The notes under the pieces are model-generated. The model did no database searches and was not told the DNA's origin. It worked only from the letters and a program-made list of their open reading frames with translations. Below are positions 20,941-32,042 of a DNA stretch of 64,000 nucleotides, piece by piece. This stretch comes from an uncultured delta proteobacterium. Its GTDB lineage: Bacteria > Desulfobacterota > BSN033 > UBA1163. Position 1 is the stretch's first letter, and each line of letters starts with the position of its first letter. Location: contig CAVPSJ010000015.1 in assembly GCA_963708295.1 (NCBI GenBank), forward strand, positions 160,001 through 224,000, written 5' to 3'. A program made the position numbers and the translations under genes.

Positions 20941-21022
20941 AACGAGTAGGAATAATAGCTGAAGTGACAAATGGAATCAGCTACCGTTATGCCAAATTCA
21001 ATCGTTCTTGGACAGCAGTGAA

Positions 21023-23629
21023 ATGACGACAAAACCCTTGACTCCCATGATCAAGCAGTATCTCCAGATTAAGAGTCAATATCCGGATTCCATTCTTTTT
21101 TTCCGGATGGGAGACTTCTACGAGATGTTTTTCGAGGATGCCCGGTTGGGCTCCCGGGAACTGGATATCGCATTGACCTCGAGGGATAAAGGCCACAAAG
21201 ACAGCGTCCCCCTGTGCGGGATCCCTTATTTTGCCGCCGAAACCTACATTTCCAAGCTCTTACAGAAGGGCTATAAGGTTGCCCTTTGTGACCAGGTCGA
21301 AGACCCAAGATTTGCGAAAGGAATCGTCAAGAGAGAAGTGGTCAGAGTCTTCACTCCGGGTCTGGTCACGGACTCGATTCAATTGGGGACGGGGGAGAAT
21401 AATTACCTGATGGGGTTCGATGTCGAGGGAGAGGTTTTCGGGCTGGCCTTTCTGGACATTTCCACCGGGGAACTCAAGGCCTGTCAAATCTCGGGGCTGG
21501 AGCCTTTTCTGAGCGAAGCTCTTCGAAACGAACCGAAAGAAATTCTATCCCTCAAGCGATTTCAGGAGCATCCCTGCTTTGACGGATTCAAAAAGAATTT
21601 TGAGAATAACTCGGTGACCTATTTAGACGACCCGGGATTCGACGCCCTCTCTTCGTTCTCCGCGGAAGAACGGGATTCGATCATGCAGAGAGCGCCTCTC
21701 GCCGCCCGGGCCGTCGCCATGGTTCTTCACTACGCAGAGGCGAACCAGAAAAGACCGCTTTCCCATATCCGCCCCCTCTCTTTTTATCGCGTCCAGGATT
21801 TTATGGTCATCGACGAGGTGACGAAGCGGAATCTCGAGCTGACTCAATCCCTTTTTGATCAGAGCAAGCGAGGATCTCTCTTCTGGCTTTTGGATGAAAC
21901 CATCACCCTGATGGGAAGCCGGACATTGAAACAGTGGTTAAACTATCCGCTGATCGACGTCCGGGAGATCGGAAGCCGGCTGGAAGGGGTCTCCGAGTTG
22001 AAAGAGAAAAAGATCGAAAGGAAGCGGTTCCGCGAATCTTTAGAAGGAATCCAGGACATCGAAAGACTGAGTTCGCGGATCTTCCTCGGACACGCCAATG
22101 CTCGAGATCTCATCGGTTTAAAAAAATCACTCCAAAGCTTGCCTATTCTCAAGGCGAATCTTCAGCCCCTGGATGTCCCGATCATCAAAGAGTCGGCGGC
22201 GGAAATCGAGGATTTTGACGACCTGCATCGACTCCTCGAATCCTCCATCGTGGATAACCCACCCCTGACGATCAAAGAGGGAGGGATCATCAAACCGAAG
22301 TATGACAAGGAATTGGATGCTCTCAGGGAGATCGGCCGGGAGGGGAAGGGGTGGATCCTTCAGCTGGAAGCCGAGGAAAGAAAGAAGACGGGAATCCCCT
22401 CGTTGAAGGTTCGGTACAATCAAGTCTTCGGGTATTATATCGAAGTGACCAAAAGCAATCTTCACCTCGTTCCGGGCCATTACATCCGAAAGCAGACCTT
22501 GGTGAATGCCGAGCGGTTTATCACTCCGGAGCTGAAGGAATTTGAAACCAAAGTGTTAGGAGCCGAAGAAGCGATCTGCCAGCTGGAATACCGGCTTTTC
22601 GAAGAAATTCGAAAAAGAGTCTCGGAAGAAACCCCGCGGCTTCAAAAAACGGCTTCCGCCATTGCGATCGTAGATATTCTCGGCGCCATGGCCGAGATTG
22701 CCGATCGGTATAATTATATTCAACCCGTTGTCGATGAGGGGGATGAGATCATCATCCGCGATGGGAGGCATCCTGTCGTGGAGAGGATGGGGCTCTCGGA
22801 AAGGTTTGTTCCCAACGATACTCAAATGGATACCCGGGAGCATCAGCTTCTCATCCTCACCGGGCCAAACATGGCGGGGAAATCGACTTATTTACGGCAG
22901 GTCGCCCTGATCGTACTCATGGCTCAGATGGGGTGTTTTGTCCCCGCGGGTGAAGCGAAGATCGGAGTCGTGGATCGGGTCTTCTCCCGAATCGGCGCTC
23001 TGGACAATATCATGCGGGGACAAAGCACCTTCATGGTGGAGATGATGGAGACGGCTCGCATCCTGAATCAGGCCACCTCGAGGAGTTTTGTCGTTCTGGA
23101 TGAGATCGGGAGAGGAACCAGTACCTTTGATGGGTTGAGCATTGCCTGGTCGGTGGCCGAATATCTCCACGACCATGCCTCGCTCAGGCCGAAGACCCTC
23201 TTTGCGACCCACTACCATGAATTGACGGAATTGGCTCTTACCAAGGAGAGGGTCAAGAATTACAATGTCGCCGTAAAGGAGTGGAACGGGGAGATCATCT
23301 TCCTCAGGAAGATCGTCGAAGGAGGGACGAACCGGAGCTATGGGATTCAAGTGGCACGGCTGGCAGGTCTGCCCGCAAAGGTGATCGACCGGGCCAAGGA
23401 GATCCTTTCCAATCTGGAAAAGGGCGAATTGGACGCCATGGGGATGCCAAAGATCGCCACGGCCAAGTTCCCTGCTTCGAAGCCCAAGCCTCCTTTGCAA
23501 CCTTCCCTTTTTTTTCAGCCTGATTCCATCCGATCCGAGTTGCAGAAGATCCAGACCGATCAATTAACGCCTCTTGAGGCTTTGACTGTTCTGGATCGCT
23601 TGAAGAAAAAAGCCGAAAAAGAAGAGTAG
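21023..23629 (+). CDS. mutS: DNA mismatch repair protein MutS
   Basis: TPMIKQY, FFRMGDFYEMF, TGPNMAGKST, DEIGRGTST, ATHYHEL, SYGIQVA. Confidence 0.98.
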   Translation: MTTKPLTPMIKQYLQIKSQYPDSILFFRMGDFYEMFFEDARLGSRELDIALTSRDKGHKDSVPLCGIPYFAAETYISKLLQKGYKVALCDQVEDPRFAKGIVKREVVRVFTPGLVTDSIQLGTGENNYLMGFDVEGEVFGLAFLDISTGELKACQISGLEPFLSEALRNEPKEILSLKRFQEHPCFDGFKKNFENNSVTYLDDPGFDALSSFSAEERDSIMQRAPLAARAVAMVLHYAEANQKRPLSHIRPLSFYRVQDFMVIDEVTKRNLELTQSLFDQSKRGSLFWLLDETITLMGSRTLKQWLNYPLIDVREIGSRLEGVSELKEKKIERKRFRESLEGIQDIERLSSRIFLGHANARDLIGLKKSLQSLPILKANLQPLDVPIIKESAAEIEDFDDLHRLLESSIVDNPPLTIKEGGIIKPKYDKELDALREIGREGKGWILQLEAEERKKTGIPSLKVRYNQVFGYYIEVTKSNLHLVPGHYIRKQTLVNAERFITPELKEFETKVLGAEEAICQLEYRLFEEIRKRVSEETPRLQKTASAIAIVDILGAMAEIADRYNYIQPVVDEGDEIIIRDGRHPVVERMGLSERFVPNDTQMDTREHQLLILTGPNMAGKSTYLRQVALIVLMAQMGCFVPAGEAKIGVVDRVFSRIGALDNIMRGQSTFMVEMMETARILNQATSRSFVVLDEIGRGTSTFDGLSIAWSVAEYLHDHASLRPKTLFATHYHELTELALTKERVKNYNVAVKEWNGEIIFLRKIVEGGTNRSYGIQVARLAGLPAKVIDRAKEILSNLEKGELDAMGMPKIATAKFPASKPKPPLQPSLFFQPDSIRSELQKIQTDQLTPLEALTVLDRLKKKAEKEE

Positions 23630-23635
23630 AAAATA

Positions 23636-23826
23636 GCAATTTCAAATGTCAAAGTTCAAATGTCAAATCAAATCCAAAGGTCAAATGAAATGCCAAAATC
23701 GAAGATCCTGAATCAAGTTCAGGGCCTGGTTCGGCTTAACCACAATGTCATTCTGAACTCTTTGCGGAATCCATTTTTGAACTTTGACATTCCTTTGACA
23801 TTTGAATCTTTGACATTTGACATTTT
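23636..23826. repeat. inverted 7-mer array (TCAAATG/CATTTGA) enclosing a GATCCTGAATCAAGTTCAGG REP
   Basis: direct reading; inner REP recurs at 28503-28590. Confidence 0.75.
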
Positions 23827-23838
23827 GGATATGAGCGA

Positions 23839-24484
23839 ATGATTGATTTCCCGAAGGCAAGACTGAAGATGGTAGAAGAGCAGATTACCTCCAGGGGGAT
23901 CAAAGATGCCAGGTTGATTGCCGCCATGAAGAAAATTCCCCGCCATCTCTTCGTGGAAGAAGCCCTTCAAAGCCAGGTCTACACCGACCATCCTCTGCCC
24001 ATCGGAGAAAAGCAGACCATCTCTCAGCCCTACATGGTCGCCTTGATGACAGAGGCCCTGTTATTGACGGGAAAGGAAAGGGTGTTGGAAATCGGGACGG
24101 GATCAGGATATCAGACGGCGATTCTAGCGGAATTGTCCGAAAAGGTCTTTTCCATTGAAAGGATTCGTCCCCTGGCTATCCGGGCAAGAAAGTTACTGTA
24201 TGAATTGGGGTATTTCAACGTCGAGATCAAAATTTTTGACGGGACCTTGGGATGGGGGAGAGAGTCCGTTCGATGCCATTCTCGTCACGGCGGGGTCTCC
24301 TGATATTCCTCAGCCTCTGATCGACCAGCTGGCGACCGGAGGAAGACTGGTTATCCCTGTGGGAGATGCTCTTATCCAGGAGTTGTATCGGCTGACCAAG
24401 ACAGAGGCGGGGGTGAAGAAAGAGGACCTGGGAGGGTGCCGATTTGTCAAGCTGATAGGGGAATATGGGTGGAAAGCCGAATGA
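23839..24484 (+). CDS. pcm: protein-L-isoaspartate O-methyltransferase; frameshift near 24255
   Basis: [48 protein letters not shown]. Confidence 0.92.
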
Positions 24485-24501
24485 ACAATGGGCAATGACC
24501 A

Positions 24502-25248
24502 ATGATCAATAAGCAATCATCCATCATCAATCGCCAATCGTTCATCCTCCTCCTCCTCTGGGTTTCATTTCTTTCTCTTAGTCTCGTCGCCGGCGGATGC
24601 GCAAGACATGGAGCTTCCCCTGGAAGACGCTCTCCGCCTCCGGAGAGGGAAGGGGTTTATCATGTGGTGGAGAGACACCAAACCCTTTACCGCATCTGTA
24701 AAACCTACGGGGTCGATCTCAAAGGAGTGGCCTCTCTCAACGGCATCGCAGATCCGAGCAAAATTGAGACCGGCCAGCGGATTTTTATCCCGGGGGCGAA
24801 GAAAGTTCTAAAAGTTGAGATTTATATCGATGATGTGGCCGCAGAGCAGGGGGAGAAGTCAAGAATTGCTTACAAGCAACTTGATTTCATCTGGCCTGTC
24901 GAAGGAAAGATCACCGATGCTTTTGCGGATGTCGAGAGGAAAAACCATCAAGGGATCGATATCTCCTGCCCCGCTGGGACGCCGATCAAAGCCTCAAGCG
25001 CCGGGAAGGTTATCTACTCCAATAACGGCATCAAGGGATATGGTAACCTGATCATCCTTCGCCACTCCGAAGAGTACGTCACGGTTTATGCTCACAATCA
25101 GGTGAATCTGGCAGAAGAGGGGACGTGGGCAGAGAAGGGGCAAATCATCGGAAAAGTGGGCCAGACGGGGAGAGCCTCCGGGCCTCATCTCCACTTCGAA
25201 ATCCGAAAGAATAATAGGCCTTTGAACCCATTTCTTTTCTTGAAATAA
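24502..25248 (+). CDS. LysM/M23 peptidase lipoprotein (NlpD-like)
   Basis: lipobox VAGGC, LysM, HQGIDI, YAHN, HLHFEIR; follows pcm. Confidence 0.88.
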   Translation: MINKQSSIINRQSFILLLLWVSFLSLSLVAGGCARHGASPGRRSPPPEREGVYHVVERHQTLYRICKTYGVDLKGVASLNGIADPSKIETGQRIFIPGAKKVLKVEIYIDDVAAEQGEKSRIAYKQLDFIWPVEGKITDAFADVERKNHQGIDISCPAGTPIKASSAGKVIYSNNGIKGYGNLIILRHSEEYVTVYAHNQVNLAEEGTWAEKGQIIGKVGQTGRASGPHLHFEIRKNNRPLNPFLFLK

Positions 25249-25518
25249 ACCCACCTCCAGATCGCAGATCTGCCATCCCTGTCACGTACATCAAGTACAT
25301 CAAAAGGTCCCTCACAAGATCATTTCGATACATTTATTTTGTTGACTTTTAGTGCAATAGTGAAATAATGTTTCGACAAATGGCATACATGGAGAGGAGG
25401 TGGTTGGTTTTCTTAATCAGTCACGGGTTACGACTTAAGGGCAACGTATTCAGAAGCAGGAAGAAACATGCCATATTCTCCGTGGAGATTTAACGGAGGA
25501 AAAGGGGGGAGGGAAGTT

Positions 25519-26994
25519 ATGAGTGACGAAAAACAAGTAAAAGCCGTAGATGGAGGTTGTGGACCGAGCTTTGAGATTACCGATCTGCCGGAGCCCCCCC
25601 GGGATCTTAATTTCAAGAAACTTTTTGCGATCCTGGGGCCAGCCGTGATCGCTCTCGGTGGCACGATCGGGGGAGGTGAGTGGCTGGTCGGTCCTTCTCT
25701 TTTCGTAAAATGGGGCCTTGCACTCCTTTGGATTACAACCATTTCTGCTTTACTTCAGGTTTTTCTCAATCTCGAGATGACCCGTTATACCCTCTACACC
25801 GGAGAGCCGATCACCGTCGGTTTTATGAGACTGAAGCCCGGGAAGGCATTCTGGGGCTGGCTTTTCACAATCGTTGGATTCTGCGAGCGGGGCCTGCCCG
25901 GTTGGATTCTCGCCTGCGCAACCGCTGTCGTGGCTTTCGGGATAGGTAGAATTCCCGGAGCTGCGGATAAGGGAACAGTCGTGATATGGGGTTTTATTCT
26001 CTTTGTCTCCTGTGCTGTTGTTATCTCATTGGGAAAGACGATCGAGAGGACCCTTGAATGGGCCAATTGGATTATGATGATCGTCGTTCTTGGAGGGCTT
26101 TTCATACTCGATCTCTTCATCGTCCCGGCATCGATCTGGTGGGAAGGTATTAGGGGATTTTTCAGTTTCGGTTACATTCCAGAGGGAGTGGACGTACTTC
26201 TTTTGGGTGCTCTCGTGGGTTATTCCGCCTATGGAGGATTCGGAAATAACGCGATCACCAACTGGTATCGTGACAAGGGCTATGGAATGGGGGCAAAGAT
26301 TGGCTACATCCCCGCTGCCATTGGCGGGAAGGTGATTCACGTCTCGCCTCATGGGAAAGTTCCGATGCCTACTGAAAAGAACCTTTCCAGCTGGAGGGGT
26401 TGGTGGAAACTCCTGAACATTGATCAGTGGGGTGTTTTTTACTTTGGAGCGATGATCGGGATGTTCCTCCCTGGTATCCTTTATGTCGGCGTGCTTCCAA
26501 GAGGATCAACGCTTCCGAGCTGGGGGATTGCTGCTTCTTCTGCCAGCGGTCTCATTTTAAAGCTTGGCAATTTTGGCTGGTTCCTCGCCCTCTTTTTCGG
26601 GTTCTGGATTCTCTATTCGACGGCCATGAGCAACGTGGACCTGGTTGTTCGTCAGTCCACGGATATGCTTTGGTTTGCATCGGATAGGTTGAGGAAGATT
26701 TCAAAGGAAGATATTCGGAAGATCTATTATTTCTTGCTGATCGTGTTTGTCATCTGGGGTGCTCTCTTCATGAATATCACACTCCCCCTGATCATCTTCG
26801 CTGTCAGCGCTAATATCGCCAACTTTACCATGGCCCTCTCAGCGGTCGCCACCATGCGTCTGAATAGGAAGTTCCTTCCCAAGGAATATCGACCCGCATT
26901 GTGGAGGGAGATCATCCTTATCCTCAACTTAATCTTCTTTGGGTTCTTCTTTTTAGTCTTTGTTGTGAAGGTGATTATACCAAAGATCTTCTAA
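25519..26994 (+). CDS. Nramp-like/APC superfamily membrane transporter
   Basis: LGPAVIALGGTIGGGEW, EMTRYTLYTGEP, about 11 TM helices. Confidence 0.75.
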   Translation: MSDEKQVKAVDGGCGPSFEITDLPEPPRDLNFKKLFAILGPAVIALGGTIGGGEWLVGPSLFVKWGLALLWITTISALLQVFLNLEMTRYTLYTGEPITVGFMRLKPGKAFWGWLFTIVGFCERGLPGWILACATAVVAFGIGRIPGAADKGTVVIWGFILFVSCAVVISLGKTIERTLEWANWIMMIVVLGGLFILDLFIVPASIWWEGIRGFFSFGYIPEGVDVLLLGALVGYSAYGGFGNNAITNWYRDKGYGMGAKIGYIPAAIGGKVIHVSPHGKVPMPTEKNLSSWRGWWKLLNIDQWGVFYFGAMIGMFLPGILYVGVLPRGSTLPSWGIAASSASGLILKLGNFGWFLALFFGFWILYSTAMSNVDLVVRQSTDMLWFASDRLRKISKEDIRKIYYFLLIVFVIWGALFMNITLPLIIFAVSANIANFTMALSAVATMRLNRKFLPKEYRPALWREIILILNLIFFGFFFLVFVVKVIIPKIF

Positions 26995-27092
26995 ACGTTC
27001 TTGAAGCCACCGTGAGGTCATAGCGGAAGGCCTGCCCCATTCTGGACAGGCCTTCTTTGTCTCATCAGATTTTCCTATAGTTGAACTGTGAA

Positions 27093-27486
27093 ATGGATAT
27101 AAAATCGTGGAAGACAAAATCGAAGCAGTTAAGAACGGAGATCGTGGCCCTTTATTTAGCCTCCAAACATCCGAGGACACCCTGGTATGCCAAGGTCCTG
27201 GCGGCCCTGATCATCGGTTATGCGTTGAGCCCGATCGATCTCATTCCGGATTTTATCCCTGGGGTGGGATATCTTGATGATCTCATCGTCATTCCCGCAG
27301 GGATCGCCCTTCTGGTCAAAATCATTCCGGGAGATGTCCTGGAGGAGTGCCGATCGAAGGCACAATCTGACCTCGGTGAATAGAAGATCTAAAAACTGGG
27401 TCGCTGGAGTCATCATCGTCTTGGTCTGGCTGTTGGCCCTGTATCTGGTGTTGAGCCTGGTATGGCCGCTATTAACGGGAGCATGA
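27093..27486 (+). CDS. YkvA/DUF1232 membrane protein; frameshift near 27375
   Basis: TPWYAK...YALSPIDLIPDFIP.VGYLDD. Confidence 0.88.
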
Positions 27487-27511
27487 AATAGTTTAAATTA
27501 TAGAATTGGAT

Positions 27512-27732
27512 TTTCACCGCCCGTTCGTCCTGCAAAAGCAGGACTCATTAGAGACGCAGAGGTCGCTGAGCAAGATATTCTTTAATAGAGAATCGGGAGG
27601 ATACCGATTCTCTATTAGCCTCTGGCCTTCGGCGAAAAATCTTTCCGGCGGAGCAGGAAGGTCTTTGTTTGGCGGTATCTCTCCGCCAAACAAAAGATCG
27701 TTTCTCCCGTTCTCTGCGACTCCGCGGTGAAT
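27512..27732 (-). repeat. structured MITE-like element, copy 2
   Basis: TTCACCGC...GCGGTGAA ends; same hairpin order as 20655-20940 in reverse orientation. Confidence 0.65.
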
Positions 27733-27746
27733 GCGAGTAGCGAGGG

Positions 27747-28366
27747 TCATCTCCCCTTTTCCCGGAGGTCTCTGATCCTCAGATCCCCGACCGTATCGAT
27801 GTCTCTCAGAGGTTGCAGGGTGTGGACGGTCAGCCCTTCCCGCTCCAGGACTTCGAGGGTTTTTTCGAAGACACTCTCCGTGCTCCAGCGAATCCCCTCA
27901 AAAACCCGTGGCGAGAAAGTCTCCTTCTTAAACCCGATCAGGTAATATCCGCCGTCCAAGGAGGGGCCGATCACGGCGTCTTTCTCCTGGAGGGAGGTAA
28001 AGGCCTCCTCGATGAACTCGAGTGACAAATCAGGAATATCACTTCCAATCAGGACCACTCTTTTGAAGTTCATGGAAATAGCTTCCGCGAAACCGTTCTT
28101 CATCCTCTCCCCAAGATCTTCGCCGGCTCTGAGGCATGAAGAGGTAATGGTCTCCCAACCAATCCTTGAGGCTCGCTCAGAGGGCTCTCCGGGGAGTAGC
28201 ACAGATAGAAAATGAAGGTTCCTCGATTTAGCGTGAACAGCATTTCAAGCAGAAAGCGCTTGTAAAGCTTCACGGCCGTCTTATCCCCGATCGCGGAAGC
28301 CAGCCTTGTTTTCACGTTGCCCTTTTCCGGATTCTTTATAAAGAAAAGCAAACACCGATCGTCCAA
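27747..28366 (-). CDS. TIGR04282-type (DUF2064, CofC-like) transferase; frameshifted
   Basis: KNPEKGNVKTRL, GEDLGERM, LIGSDIP, IGPSLDGGYYLIG, DIDT. Confidence 0.85.
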
Positions 28367-28502
28367 TGGAATTCTCCTCAGCCCCCGCGGTACGCAGCCG
28401 GCTGTCACCTAAATTCTCTTTCACTAAGTAAAGAACCCCGCCACGGGGCGGGGCTTTAAAACCTAAATTCTAAAGCCCAAAAGCGAGATCGAGAAATCGA
28501 TA

Positions 28503-28590
28503 GATCCTGAATCAAGTTCAGGACCTGGTTCGGGATGACAAAAAGATCAGAACCGAACCGTCATGTCATGCTGAACTTGTTCCAGCATCA
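28503..28590. repeat. REP-like palindrome
   Basis: GATCCTGAATCAAGTTCAGG..GATGACA / TGTCATGCTGAACTTGTTCCAGCATC. Confidence 0.65.
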
Positions 28591-29432
28591 TTCTGTCCCC
28601 GGGCTTCTGGTCATGGGATACTTTCCCAGCTTGCCGATAAAGGGCAGGGCGATCAACCATAAAAATGTCAGTTTTTGGGGTTCCTTATATTGGTCAAGGC
28701 CAATGATCATTTCCAGGTGTCCTTTTGCAGGTTGATTCCGATAGGTCCCAAACAAGCCGGTCCCACCAGGGAAAGCTGAAACCGAGGTTGCTGTTTGTTT
28801 CCCACCGTATGGTTGAGTGATGAACACGATGCATCTCCGGCGTCACCACGATCAGGCGAAGAAAGGAATCGATTGGTTGAGAATACCGAACATTTCCATG
28901 ATTGAACATGGAGGTTCCGTTCAGGATGATTTCAAAGATCAAAACAGACGCGGGAGGAGCGCCGATCAAGACGACGACAACCATCTTGATGCCCAGTCGA
29001 AAGGAGGATCTCTATCGGATGGAAGCGAATCCCCGTGGTGACATCGATATCCATGTCGGAATGGTGGACCATGTGGAGCCGCCAGAGCAGGGGCGCGGAA
29101 TGAAACATGACATGCTGAAGATAGATGGCGAGATCAAGGATCAACACACTGAAGACGATTTTTAACAGGGTGGACAGATCAAATTGATTGAGTAAACCCC
29201 AGCCCCGTTGCTGGGCCAGGAAGGCGACGCCCGCGAGTCCTGCCGGAAAGGCTAGACGTACGATCACAGAGTCGATGAAGACCAGGCCAAGATTGCTAAA
29301 CCATCGCGCTCTTTTGGATGTGGTTAAGGGTCGGCGGGGTGCGACGAGTTCCCAGAGAAACATGATCACAAGAATCCCAATAAAAGATCCAAATCTGATC
29401 ACCAGTTCGTATTTATTGGTCATAAGGTTCAT
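28588..29432 (-). CDS. sterol desaturase / fatty acid hydroxylase family protein; frameshifted
   Basis: His boxes HVMFH, HMVHH, FHP, FNH.N, HRVHH. Confidence 0.88.
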
Positions 29433-29435
29433 CCT

Positions 29436-30160
29436 TTAGGCTTCAACTCTTTCTCTGCGGTCGCCAGTCTTGTAAAAGAGTCGCCAGTTTATGGGGTGAA
29501 ACGCCGAGAAAATAAAGGACTTGAAGAGTCCAATTTCTGAGAGTGCAGTAAATCACTCCCTCTTCTTCCCACCTTCTTGGAGAGGTCATCACCCGCTCAT
29601 GGAAAATCCATATCTCTATTCCCGGATTTCTTGATGCGTCTCATCAATTCGGCATCTTCCATGATGGGAATCTCTTTGTAACCGCCGATCCTGTGAAATA
29701 TTCCCTTCGGATGAATATGGCTTGATCTCCGAAGGGGATCCTGTTCAAGCGAGAGCGCCACGAAGCCAGGTTTTCAATGACCCTGAAGATAAACTTAGTC
29801 GATTTTATGCCCAGATCAAAAGCCCCTCCGACATACCGCGCTTTGCTCCATTAAGGATCGGATCTTTCTAAGGGCCTGGACAGGCAGTTCGGTGTCCGCA
29901 TGGAGAAAGATGAGAATCTCTCCTCTGGCGTAGAAGCCCCGGCGTTCATCTGTCTGGCTCGTCCTTTTTCGCACGAGATCTTAATGACATGGTTGCGATG
30001 AATCGCCTCCAGGGTATCTTTTTCCCGGGCCCCATCCACGACGATGATCTCACTGTTTTTATCGGAATCCAGTCGATTCAGGCATTCGATCAGGTCATGA
30101 TATTTTCTCCTTCGTGAAATGCGGGCACAATAATTGAGAATTGAATTGGATTCACAGATC
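29436..30160 (-). CDS. TIGR04283-type GT2 glycosyltransferase; several frameshifts, ends approximate
   Basis: EIIVVDG, KGRARQMNAGA, IFLHADT, PFGDQAIF, IPIMED read across frames. Confidence 0.75.
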
Positions 30161-30644
30161 GTTTTCTCCAAGCGGTAGGGAACGGTTTCAAACCGTTCCC
30201 TGCGTGCACCCGCTAAAGAATAGATTAAGGTGTCGCTCACTTCCGTCAAGACTTTTTTGCCATCGTGGAGAACGGAGGGTTTGAGCGAAGACGATCAGAT
30301 GAAGGGACCGATTTGATAAGAGGCCTTTTAATTGTCTTTCCCCCAATTTTCTCAAATTGACATCATTAAATCTTTGTGATAGGTGGAACCGGCTGAAGGG
30401 ATTAATGGAAACCGTTAAGCCCTTGCACTCAGGAATCGACACAGGAGGGCGGGGTGCAGGTTTCGTATGCGGTACGTTCTAACTGAGAGTAAGTGATCAT
30501 TCTCCGAAAAGTGGAAAAGTTTTTCACTTATTTGAGAAGTATTTTGGGTTATTGCGGAAGTAACTTATATTCTTAGCTTCTCTTTTGGCAATTTAGATTC
30601 TATAAAAACACCGTAATTACGGAAGGTTATATCAATAATGAGGT

Positions 30645-30661
30645 TTGGCATAGGAATTGAT
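30645..30661 (+). promoter_or_regulatory. sigma54-like -24/-12 promoter of the EPS locus
   Basis: TTGGCATAGGAATTGAT against consensus TGGCAC-N5-TTGC; AT-rich upstream region with palindrome CCGTAATTACGG. Confidence 0.5.
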
Positions 30662-30842
30662 GCTTTCCTATTATGCTTAAGCGTCTTCAAAGCGTGATGA
30701 GGCCAAACCTCAGCTCAGCGGTAAGTGAAGACAATAACCATCGAGTCGAACTTTAACTGTATTTTTTTCAATCACCGAGAAGGTCAATTTCTGAGATTCG
30801 TTGACCCGACATCGCCTCTGGAACGCTTTGGATGAATCGAAT

Positions 30843-30854
30843 GGCGGTAGCCTG
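30843..30854 (+). promoter_or_regulatory. ops-like antitermination element
   Basis: GGCGGTAGCCTG matches GGCGGTAGnnTG, about 90 nt before the first EPS-locus start codon. Confidence 0.55.
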
Positions 30855-30942
30855 TTTATGGGCTGATTTTTCAAAGTACCGAAAGAGGGAAAACTTTTAT
30901 CAAGAGCATTCGAGTCATTAGAAGACGAGAAAAGGAGTAGCG

Positions 30943-32042
30943 ATGTATCAGGATTTTTACCGTCTAAGAAAGAGAACCGTTCCATATCACGCCGAACCCG
31001 GAGTTCCTCTTCCTGAGTCCCAGCCATAAACAGGCATTGGGTTCGATCGTTTACGGCGTGAGAAATCGAAAGGGTTTTATAGTGATCACAGGGGAGGTGG
31101 GGGTGGGGAAGACCACGATCCTCCGTTCCTATCTCGAAGGGGTTGCCAAACAGAAAACAAAGATCATCTATATTTTTAACACCAATGTCTCGTTTAAAAA
31201 CCTCCTGAAGACGATCTACAAGGAGCTGGGACTCGACCCCAAGTCGGGTGATATCGTCGAGATGTTAAACGACCTCTACCAGATATTGATGGACGAATAC
31301 AAGCAGGGCAACACGGTGTTGCTGATCGCCGACGAGGCCCAGAACATGCCGATTGAGACCCTGGAAAACCTGCGCATGCTGTCGAATCTGGAAACGTCCA
31401 GCGATAAACTTCTCCAGATTGTGCTCATCGGCCAGTACGAATTCGAAGAGATACTCAATCTGCACGAACTGCGGCAACTCAAGCAACGCATCGTCCTGCG
31501 TTCCACCATCGTTCCTTTGAACGAGAAAGAGAGCATGTCCTACATCAAGCATCGATTGGAAAAGGCGGCGCTGAACGGGAGCCCCGTGTTCACCAAAGGG
31601 GCCATGAAAAGAATCGTCAAGGAAGCGAAGGGGATTCCACGAGCTCCTCAACATCCTTTGTGACAATGCGCTGATCACGGGGTTCGGGTATAAGACAAGG
31701 CCGGTGAACGCCAAAATCGTCGATGAGGTCATCACCGACTTTAACGGAGGGGAAAAACAAACCTCTCTTCTGAAATGGATCATTCCTCCCGCAGCCTTTC
31801 TGTTTTTGCTCATTCTTGTTCTTTTCTACATTGCGAATAAAGACCTGATTTTATCCAAGATCGAAAACATCTTTTCTCGATCTAAGGGCGCATCCATTTC
31901 ACAAGTGGAAAATCCGGATCCTTCCCGGTCCGCTGTCGGAGATCCGATCCAGGACCCGATGAAGTCATCATTGGATCCATCCAAGGTTTCTCAAACCGAG
32001 CAAAGTTCCCAGGCCGGGTCCACAGAGAATAGTGACAAGTAG
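30943..32042 (+). CDS. ExeA-like AAA ATPase (PEP-CTERM/XrtA-associated); frameshifted
   Basis: [51 protein letters not shown]. Confidence 0.88.
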
